IMG/VR virus record: IMGVR_UViG_3300045988_092680
Length of the DNA: 37,839 nucleotides
From: a virus
Reading direction: 5' to 3' (one strand)
Part shown: in pieces, positions 20,374-26,989 of the stretch
How the letters are laid out: the number at the start of each line of letters is the position of its first letter
How positions within the stretch are numbered: the stretch's first letter is position 1
The notes under the pieces: generated by a model
The model's input: only the letters and a program-made list of their open reading frames with translations
The model's database searches: none
Told to the model about the DNA's origin: nothing
Program-made: the position numbers and the translations under genes

Positions 20374-20432
20374 CGAGCTAAATTTATTTTTTGGGATTTG
20401 ATGTGGCGAGTACCGTTCGACTTTTAGCTTTC

Positions 20433-20543
20433 GCTCTTGTCGGCGGTGGTTATACTACCGACGCTGTACGTTGCGGGTTGTGGTGTTGGACTTTTGACAA
20501 TACTTCGTCTAATACATATACTTCGTACGGTGCTCGACTTCTT
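20433..20543 (+). repeat. Cassette C1: orphan VR-like copy (111 nt, one extra codon; VR-type 3' end CTTCTT)
   Basis: 3' 69 nt differ from VR0 at only 2 positions; 2 AAY codons; no credible gene context. Confidence 0.75.
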
Positions 20544-20596
20544 ATTTTTTCGGGGACTTGGTGTGGTTTGCACTTTCCTTTTGTTTGTGTTTCTTT

Positions 20597-20704
20597 GCTC
20601 TTGTCGGCGGTGCTTGGTCTAATGGTACGGAAGCTGGGTTGTGGTATTGGAACGTGAATGAAGCTTCGTCTAATGCGTGGACGAATGTCGGTGCTCGACT
20701 ACTT
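20597..20704 (+). repeat. Cassette C2: TR-like copy (5 AAY codons; 3' end CTACTT)
   Basis: Same conserved 5', central and 3' blocks; encodes ALVGGAWSNGTEAGLWYWNVNEASSNAWTNVGARLL in a frame with no start context. Confidence 0.7.
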
Positions 20705-20766
20705 ATATCATTTTATAAATATAGGGATTTGATGTGTTTGAGTGCGTGATTTGTGGCGTTTTTATT

Positions 20767-20874
20767 GCTCTTGTCGGCGGTCGTTTTGATAATGGTAGTA
20801 ATGCTGGGTTGTGGTATTGGAATTACAACAATGATTCGTCGTTGGCTAACACCACTGTCGGTGCTCGACCTCTT
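20767..20874 (+). repeat. Cassette C3: best template-repeat candidate for the 5' two-thirds of VR0 (6 AAY codons; 3' end CCTCTT)
   Basis: Cassette positions 1-66 versus VR0: 8 mismatches, 7 at C3 adenines. Confidence 0.7.
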
Positions 20875-20922
20875 ATTTTGGGATTTGGTGTGTTTTGTAC
20901 CGGCGTTTTCAGTGTTCGGCAG

Positions 20923-21030
20923 GCTCTTGTCGGCGGTAATTGGGGCAATACTACTCAAGCTGGGTTGTGGTATTGGAACTTCAATTGGTCTGGGACTGAT
21001 TACAACACTAATGTCGGTGCTCGACTACTT
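20923..21030 (+). repeat. Cassette C4: TR by position (~120 nt upstream of the RT start; 6 AAY codons; 3' end CTACTT)
   Basis: Same conserved blocks; followed by a ~120-nt spacer with hairpin ttgcc-cctt-ggcaa (21062-21075), then the RT. Confidence 0.65.
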
Positions 21031-21153
21031 ATATTTATAAATTACTTACACATCATTTTCCTTGCCCCTTGGCAAAAATTAGTCGCTCTGGGTTGGCTTA
21101 GTAGGTTAATTCTCGAAAAGTCGGCAGGCAAATATAAGAATATGGAGCCAGAA

Positions 21154-22218
21154 ATGAAAAGAAAAGGAAATATTTATAATGAAATATTAGAACTCAACAA
21201 TATTGAATCAGCAATATTTAAAGCTTCTGTTGGTAAGACGCACCGTAAGAGTGTTGAAAAAATACTAGACGCCCCTACGTATTACGCTATGCAAGTGCAA
21301 AAAATGTTATCAGATAGAAGCTATATTCCTAGTCCGTATATTGAAATGAAAATAAGAGACGGAGCTAGCAAAAAAGAAAGAATTGTATTTAAACCTAGGT
21401 TTTACCCAGATCAAATAATACACTGGGCTTTAATGAATAAAGTAGAACCACTTTTTAAAAGAGGTATGTACGAATTTTGCTGTGCTTCTATTAAAGGGCG
21501 TGGAATACAACGAGGAATGAATTATGTTAAAAGAATCCTAGTTAATGATAGAAAACATACTAAATATTGTTTAAAATTAGATATTAAAAAGTTTTACCCC
21601 AGTATAGATAAAGAAATACTAAAAAAGAAGTTTAGAAAAATAATCAAAGATAAAGATACATTATATTTAATGGATCTAATAGTAGATAGTTCTACAGAGG
21701 GTGTTCCAATAGGTAATTTTACTTCACAATGGTTTGCTAATTACTATTTACAAGATTTGGATCACTATATAAAAGAAGAATTAAAGGTTAAATACTATAT
21801 AAGATATATGGACGATATGGTATTATTCTCTAATAATAAAAAAGAACTACGTAAGTGCAAATATGCTATTGACGAGTTCTTAACACGAGAACATTTAAGG
21901 ATTAAGGAAAATTGGCAATTATTTAAAACTGATAGCCGTCCTATTGACTTTCTTGGTTATCGCTTTTACAGAGGTTATACTACATTACGAAGAAGTAATT
22001 TTTTAAGAATCAAAAGAAGAATCAAGAAAATATCAAAGAAAGAAGAACTTAATTTTAAAGACGCTTGTGCGATAATGAGTTATAATGGTTGGATTATACA
22101 TTCTGATTCATATAACTACACTCAAAAATATTTAAAGCCTTATGTTGATTTTAAAAAGGTTAAGGAGGTAATTAAAAATGAAAACAGAAAGCACAATAAA
22201 ACCGGAAATAAAATTTAG
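21154..22218 (+). CDS. DGR-type reverse transcriptase
   Basis: MKRKGNIYNEI... start with GGAG 6 nt upstream; motifs KPRFYPDQIIHWAL, LKLDIKKFYPSI, VPIGNFTSQWFANYYL, YIRYMDDMVLF, IDFLGYRF. The ORF is open from 20734, but that upstream part is cassette DNA. Confidence 0.9.
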   Translation: MKRKGNIYNEILELNNIESAIFKASVGKTHRKSVEKILDAPTYYAMQVQKMLSDRSYIPSPYIEMKIRDGASKKERIVFKPRFYPDQIIHWALMNKVEPLFKRGMYEFCCASIKGRGIQRGMNYVKRILVNDRKHTKYCLKLDIKKFYPSIDKEILKKKFRKIIKDKDTLYLMDLIVDSSTEGVPIGNFTSQWFANYYLQDLDHYIKEELKVKYYIRYMDDMVLFSNNKKELRKCKYAIDEFLTREHLRIKENWQLFKTDSRPIDFLGYRFYRGYTTLRRSNFLRIKRRIKKISKKEELNFKDACAIMSYNGWIIHSDSYNYTQKYLKPYVDFKKVKEVIKNENRKHNKTGNKI

Positions 22219-22669
22219 TATAGAGAACATTAAAGACAACACTTGTGAGGTTGTCTTTTTTGATAATATTTCCGAGGAAACAAAGGAAGAACAAACTGTA
22301 TATGTATATTATACTTATAGAATGAAAACAGCTTATAGACCTAATTTAGATATTATTATAGAACAAAACTACAATAAATGGTTAGAAGCTGTAAAAAATT
22401 ATGATTATAATTTAAAAGCTGAAGAAATAAGAAATAAAAGAAATCAACTTTTAGCTGACAGTGATAAAAATATGGTATTAGATAGAATAAATTTTGAAAT
22501 ACCTAAAGAAATAACTTTGACTAATATAGTAATTGTTATAAAAGAACTGTTTAACACTATAAGTACAATAAAAAACGGAGCTTGGGCTGTTTATAGACAA
22601 GAACTTCGAGATATTACAAAACAAAATGGATTTCCTTATGAAGTGGAATTTCCAAAAAAACCTGAATAA
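22178..22669 (+). CDS. Tail fibre assembly / chaperone-like protein (Caudo_TAP-like C-terminus)
   Basis: RNKRNQLLADSDKNMVLDR...WAVYRQELRDITKQNGFPYEVEFPKKP; AAGGAGG SD; overlaps the RT 3' end by 41 nt. Confidence 0.6.
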   Translation: MKTESTIKPEIKFSIENIKDNTCEVVFFDNISEETKEEQTVYVYYTYRMKTAYRPNLDIIIEQNYNKWLEAVKNYDYNLKAEEIRNKRNQLLADSDKNMVLDRINFEIPKEITLTNIVIVIKELFNTISTIKNGAWAVYRQELRDITKQNGFPYEVEFPKKPE

Positions 22670-22693
22670 AAAGAGACGCTGGTCTCTTTTTAT
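22668..22693 (+). terminator. Rho-independent terminator
   Basis: aaagagac-gctg-gtctcttt followed by a T-run. Confidence 0.65.
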
Positions 22694-22724
22694 TATAAAT
22701 AATTTTTTCAAAGGAGGAATTAAA

Positions 22725-22868
22725 ATGGAAGAAAAAATTACAGAAGAAAAAGTAATCGAATCTGATTGCGAAAAAGAATTATCAGTGGAAGAAATTCAAA
22801 CTACTTTTAATGAAGATAGTTTAGATGTTTTAACTGAGGAAGGAAGTGTTGAAAATGTCATACTTTAA
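22725..22868 (+). CDS. Small acidic hypothetical protein (47 aa)
   Basis: AAAGGAGG SD before the ATG at 22725; MEEKITEEKVIESDCEKELSVEEIQ... Confidence 0.45.
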   Translation: MEEKITEEKVIESDCEKELSVEEIQTTFNEDSLDVLTEEGSVENVIL

Positions 22869-23844
22869 GATTAGAACTAGTTTACCTGAATCAGGTAATA
22901 AATTATATAACAATGCTTCAGCTGGAGGCTATAGTAGATGTATAACAGGTAGTCCTACTAGATCAGGTCTTAACGTCTTATCAAATTGTGTAGGCTGGTC
23001 TTGTTCGAGGTTTAATGAGATATATAATGAAATTACTGGTTATAAAGGTATGAAATTTTGGCAATTAAATTGCAATGCTGAGAACTTTATAGAAAGAGCT
23101 AAGTCAGTAGGACTAGAAGTGGTTAGCTACCCAGTATTAGGTGGTATTATGGTTTGGCAAAGAGGAAATACTTTATCTGGTTCTGACGGTGCGGGACACG
23201 TGGAAGTTGTCGAAGATATTTATAACAGTTCAAGTATTTATACTAGTGCTTCTAATTATGGTGGCACTACTTTTTATAACGCAAGACGTTCTAATTCTAA
23301 CGGACGTTGGGGATTAGGTTCAGCTTATAAATTTAGAGGTTGTATAGTTAATCCAGCTGTTGGCAAAATAACAACAAGTAATAGCGGAAGCAATGAGCCA
23401 ACAGATAATACTAATGGCTACACTGGTAAATTTAAGATTGGAGATAAAGTAATTATAAATGGTAACTTATATGTAAGCTCTAAGGCTGTTAATCCTAGTG
23501 GAGCTGTTAGTAATAAAACTACAATTATTACTAGAGTTGCTGAAAATACAGCACACCCATATAATACAACAGGAGATCTAGGCTGGATTAACGAAAGCGA
23601 TATAAGACTATATGAAGAATCTAAACCAGATGTAAAACCTGATACAAGTTTAAAGGTTGGAGATAAAGTTAAAATTGTTGGAACAGGTAATGGTTCTAGT
23701 TATGGAACTTCAAATACTGCTTATGGTATTGGTTGGGAAAGAGAAATACTAAAAGTATGGACTGGTAGAAAATACCCATATCAAGTCGGAAACTCAACTG
23801 GAACTACCGGATTCTATCAAGAAAGTGCTTTACAAAAAATATAA
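22855..23844 (+). CDS. Endolysin: N-terminal CHAP-type peptidase/amidase plus two SH3-like cell-wall-binding repeats
   Basis: NCVGWSCSRFNEIY (Cys) and GAGHVEVVEDIY (His); repeats FKIGDKVIINGNLYVSS and LKVGDKVKIVGTGNGSS. Confidence 0.85.
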   Translation: MSYFKIRTSLPESGNKLYNNASAGGYSRCITGSPTRSGLNVLSNCVGWSCSRFNEIYNEITGYKGMKFWQLNCNAENFIERAKSVGLEVVSYPVLGGIMVWQRGNTLSGSDGAGHVEVVEDIYNSSSIYTSASNYGGTTFYNARRSNSNGRWGLGSAYKFRGCIVNPAVGKITTSNSGSNEPTDNTNGYTGKFKIGDKVIINGNLYVSSKAVNPSGAVSNKTTIITRVAENTAHPYNTTGDLGWINESDIRLYEESKPDVKPDTSLKVGDKVKIVGTGNGSSYGTSNTAYGIGWEREILKVWTGRKYPYQVGNSTGTTGFYQESALQKI

Positions 23845-23905
23845 TATAAAGTATAATTAAATAGTCAGTTGCTAGTATAGGACTGACAAAATATGTAATA
23901 TAAAA

Positions 23906-23932
23906 GTCTCACTTAATAGTGAGGCTTTTTTT
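23906..23932 (+). terminator. Rho-independent terminator after the endolysin
   Basis: gtctcac-ttaata-gtgaggc followed by ttttttt. Confidence 0.65.
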
Positions 23933-23934
23933 AA

Positions 23935-23980
23935 TGTCTATCGTTAATGTACTAATTCTTCTGTATAACAACGATAGAGA
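23935..23980. other. Candidate attP core for the serine integrase
   Basis: Imperfect inverted repeat tctatcgtt (23937-23945) / aacgataga (23970-23978) around a ~24-nt centre, next to the int 3' end. Confidence 0.3.
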
Positions 23981-23996
23981 CGTAAAAAAGCCCTAA

Positions 23997-25805
23997 TTAG
24001 AACTTAGGGTGTATTACTATTGAAAAATTACTTTCGTAGCCTCTACCGCCTTTTTCTTTTTTATATTCAATATAAGAAATAACAGATTTTAGTAATTTAT
24101 TCTTTTTTTCAGCTGATGTTACTTTGTAATATGAATCAATTACTTTTTCTATTTTAGGCAATAGTTTTTCTATTCTATCCTTATTAAGTTTTATTTGATA
24201 TTTATTTAGTTCTTTTTCTGTGTTCGTTATTTTATCTTTTATTGTTTTTGTTCTTTTTGTGAATTCTTGAGGAGTATAAATTCCTTGTTCTACAAGTTCG
24301 TAAGCTTTATCTAATTGTTTATTATATTTATCTAATTCCTTACTTAATGATACAAACATAACATTATCGTCTTCCTCAGCTGGATTATACGTAGCTAGGA
24401 GCTCTTTTTGAGAAGAAATGTATTCTTGTAAGGCTTTAATTGTTTCTTGCTCTACAAGGGCTAAATTTGAGCCTATATTAGTACAATGAGCCTTAGGACA
24501 TATTAAAGTATCTTCGTGAGGTTCAATTAAATTACTTTCATAAGTAGTAATAGCTTTATCAAACTCTGTAGTATTGATATTTAATAGTTTTTTTAATTCT
24601 TCCCACTTATCAGCGTAAGGCATAGTAAACTTTGATTGATTAGAAGCAAACCAGTGATCTACACAATGCTTTCTAACTTTTAAAGCTGTAGCTATATCTC
24701 TTAAACTATATTCGCCTTTATGTTCTCTAAGACACAATCTTAATTTTTCTTTGTCTATGTCATATTTACGACGTAATTTGGGTTCTTGTTTTTTGTTGTC
24801 GTAATATGGTCTTCTTTGCATAGAACGTCCACAATCAGCACATTTAACTAATGTAGCAAGTGGATTTTGTAATTCGGTATTATGTTTTGTACTGGCTTTA
24901 TTTGGTTTGATTCCTTGTACTATATCAAACAATTCATTGCTAATAATTGCTGGGTGTAATCCCTCTACAAGAATTAAATCTTCGCTATTTCCTTTTTTAC
25001 GCTTCTTAATTATCTGTCCGTTAATTAAAATCTTCTTTTGTTTATTTGAGTTCCAACGTATCTTACCTATGTATATTGGATTAGATAACATTCCTTTAAT
25101 AGTAGCTGGAGTCCAAACATCAGATTTTTTAGGTTTAAAGTCTAAAGTATTTAACCAATTACAAATAATATCATAGCCCATACCGTCAGCACGTTTCTGA
25201 TACATTTCTTTAACTATTTCTGCTTCCTCAGACACTGGTTCTAGCGTATAACCTTTGCCATATTTAACACGTACCTTTTTATAGCCAAAAGGTGGCTCTG
25301 AAGCACAATATTTTCCGTCTAATACATTTGCAATACGTGCTCTTTGCATACGTCTATTTATAGTCTTATATTCTCTACGAGACATAAATAATCCAAACTC
25401 AAAATATTCCTCGTCCTCATCACTATTAGGATCATATATTTTATTTAGTGTTATTATTTTTGTATTTGAATATTTAAAAGCCTGTGTTACTGTTCCTTGG
25501 TCTTTAGCGTCTCCACGTGTAAGACGTTCTACTTCAACAACTAATATACCGTCGATAGTTCCGGCTTCAACATTTTTAAGGACTTCTTGCATTTCTGGTC
25601 TTTCTTGTATTGATTCCCCGGAAACAACTTCACGATAGATTTTTCTTATCTTAATTCCTAATTGATTAGCACGATCTTTTAAAAACTTTTCGTGCTGTTT
25701 TAAAGTATCAAACTTTTTAAGTTTTTCTAATTCCATATCAGCACGTGATTTTCTTAAATATGCGTCATATATTCCGTTAGGATCTAAAGTTACTGTTATA
25801 TACAT
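23997..25805 (-). CDS. int: Large serine recombinase (integrase)
   Basis: N-terminal resolvase domain YLRKSRAD...ILVVEVERLTRG, recombinase domain, zinc ribbon CADCGRSM, C-terminal coiled coil. The second ATG (25805) has AGGAGG 6 nt upstream. Confidence 0.9.
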   Translation of the reverse strand: MYITVTLDPNGIYDAYLRKSRADMELEKLKKFDTLKQHEKFLKDRANQLGIKIRKIYREVVSGESIQERPEMQEVLKNVEAGTIDGILVVEVERLTRGDAKDQGTVTQAFKYSNTKIITLNKIYDPNSDEDEEYFEFGLFMSRREYKTINRRMQRARIANVLDGKYCASEPPFGYKKVRVKYGKGYTLEPVSEEAEIVKEMYQKRADGMGYDIICNWLNTLDFKPKKSDVWTPATIKGMLSNPIYIGKIRWNSNKQKKILINGQIIKKRKKGNSEDLILVEGLHPAIISNELFDIVQGIKPNKASTKHNTELQNPLATLVKCADCGRSMQRRPYYDNKKQEPKLRRKYDIDKEKLRLCLREHKGEYSLRDIATALKVRKHCVDHWFASNQSKFTMPYADKWEELKKLLNINTTEFDKAITTYESNLIEPHEDTLICPKAHCTNIGSNLALVEQETIKALQEYISSQKELLATYNPAEEDDNVMFVSLSKELDKYNKQLDKAYELVEQGIYTPQEFTKRTKTIKDKITNTEKELNKYQIKLNKDRIEKLLPKIEKVIDSYYKVTSAEKKNKLLKSVISYIEYKKEKGGRGYESNFSIVIHPKF

Positions 25806-25806
25806 C

Positions 25807-26074
25807 TTACACCTCCTCATTCATAAGCTTATCAACTTCTTTTTCATATTCTTTAATTTTATTGACATCATAATTATCGAGATGTCCTAATTTATAATGT
25901 AACATTTCGTGTCTGAAATGCTTTGTTTTTTTCTTCCTCCGAAAGTTTATCGTTTATTACTATATAGGTACTATTTTCTATTTCCAAAATAAAAGCTCTG
26001 ATTTTATCTGGTAGAATCATTATTTTAAGTTTTAACCCATTTTCTTTAGCAATTCTCGACCAACTCTCGAACAC
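25807..26074 (-). pseudogene. ImmA/IrrE-like (HExxH) metallopeptidase gene interrupted by a frameshift in an A7 tract
   Basis: GTG start with AGGAGGT SD. Frame 1 ends 25892. After the run at 25926-25932 another frame reads KTKHFRHEMLHYKLGHLDNYD...NEEV*, ending at 25807. Confidence 0.6.
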
Positions 26075-26104
26075 AGCAATACCTCCTAAGACACAGGGTA
26101 CTGC

Positions 26105-26605
26105 TTAAAATTGCGTCTTTTTATTCCTTGGCTTATAAATATAGCCGTTTTTCTTTTTATTTAAAACATCTTCTAAAGCAATATCTACTGAATCTTTGAA
26201 ACGTTTATCTTTCTCATAAATAGATAATTGTTTGCTAGTATTCAATACTTTTATTGCCTCGTCCAATTTATTCATTTTTACAAGGATTCTTGATTCATAT
26301 ACTCTGTTAGGAGTCATATATTTTATATCAATTCCTTGTTTTTTATTTTCCTCAATATACTTTATAAATGAATTATCAGCTAATCTGCAATGAAATAATG
26401 CTTTATCTAAGTTGTATTCTTTTTCATAATTTTGTGCTAAGAGTAAATTATTTTGGTATGCTTCGTAGTAAAATTGTTCTTCGTTGCTTGGTACGTTATT
26501 CGTCTTTCTTTTACAATTTTTGCATAAATAAATCATTAAATATATTAAGTTACCAATCCCAGCTGTTGTAAAAAATAAAATTATATGTTTTCGGATTTTA
26601 TTCAT
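26105..26605 (-). CDS. Lysogeny-module membrane protein with TPR-like helical region
   Basis: N-terminal TM helix ILFFTTAGIGNLIYLMIYL; starts 2 nt after the repressor stop. Confidence 0.6.
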   Translation of the reverse strand: MNKIRKHIILFFTTAGIGNLIYLMIYLCKNCKRKTNNVPSNEEQFYYEAYQNNLLLAQNYEKEYNLDKALFHCRLADNSFIKYIEENKKQGIDIKYMTPNRVYESRILVKMNKLDEAIKVLNTSKQLSIYEKDKRFKDSVDIALEDVLNKKKNGYIYKPRNKKTQF

Positions 26606-26607
26606 AT

Positions 26608-26967
26608 TTATTTATCTTCTTTTTTGATTATAGTAACAATATCTACGAATTGTTTTAATTCTTCGTCGTTTAAGTCTCCTAGTTTGTCAAATAAAACTTT
26701 AGCGTGTTCGTTTTCAAGTAATCTATTATACTTATCTAAATTTTCATTTTCATATATAGAAGAAACTTCTTTTCCTAAAAGATAGTCTGTTGTTGTGTTT
26801 AGAGCTGTAGCTATGTCTGCTAATATATCAGGTCTAGGTTTTTGTAGATCATTTATATAGCGTGAAATTGCTGCTTCAGTAACTCCTATTTTATTTGCTA
26901 ATTTTCGTTGTGTCATATTATTTTGATTTAATAATTGTTGCAATCTATTACCAAAATCATAATTCAT
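26608..26967 (-). CDS. CI-like repressor (XRE-family HTH)
   Basis: MTQRKLANKIGVTEAAISRYINDLQKP; divergent from the cro-like gene. Confidence 0.85.
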   Translation of the reverse strand: MNYDFGNRLQQLLNQNNMTQRKLANKIGVTEAAISRYINDLQKPRPDILADIATALNTTTDYLLGKEVSSIYENENLDKYNRLLENEHAKVLFDKLGDLNDEELKQFVDIVTIIKKEDK

Positions 26968-26989
26968 ATTATCTCCTCCAATTACCGAT

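Larger units (their letters stand above)
18550..22218 (+). mobile_element. Diversity-generating retroelement cassette: target gene with VR, four extra VR/TR-like cassettes, reverse transcriptase
   Basis: See component features; RT motif IGNFTSQ plus YMDD; repeated cassettes; adenine-biased mismatches. Confidence 0.85.

Noticed and set aside
20191-21030. CRISPR array interpretation of the regularly spaced repeats
   Set aside because: The units are ~108-nt paralogous coding-like cassettes with conserved flanks and variable interiors, at an irregular period of 156-242 nt. They are not 25-40-nt identical repeats separated by unique spacers, and there are no cas genes.
20116-21040. Cluster of short ORFs on both strands over the cassette array (20116..20340 -, 20156..20401 +, 20391..20657 +, 20437..20622 +, 20558..20749 +, 20713..20958 -, 20753..21040 +)
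   Set aside because: They are by-products of G+C-richer, stop-poor repeat DNA. They overlap each other in several frames, lack SD sequences, and consist of repeat-encoded peptides. I searched them for an Avd-like helical protein and found none.
20734-22218. 494-aa ORF that fuses cassettes C3 and C4 in frame to the reverse transcriptase
   Set aside because: The upstream 140 codons are simply the open frame of the repeat cassettes and spacer. There is no SD at 20734. RT homology begins at MKRKGNIYNEI (21154), which has a GGAG upstream, so I call the RT from 21154.
21154-22218. Group II intron, retron or Abi-type reverse transcriptase
   Set aside because: There is no maturase/X or endonuclease domain, no intron RNA domains or msr/msd-like inverted repeats adjacent, and motif 4 is IGNFTSQ (DGR type). 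The gene also sits next to VR/TR-like repeats.
25806-25820. Integrase start at the first ATG (25820, MRRCKMYITV...)
   Set aside because: The AGG AGG codons following that ATG form a perfect SD, 6 nt upstream of the second ATG (25805). The first ATG also lies inside the ImmA-like reading frame, so I prefer 25805.
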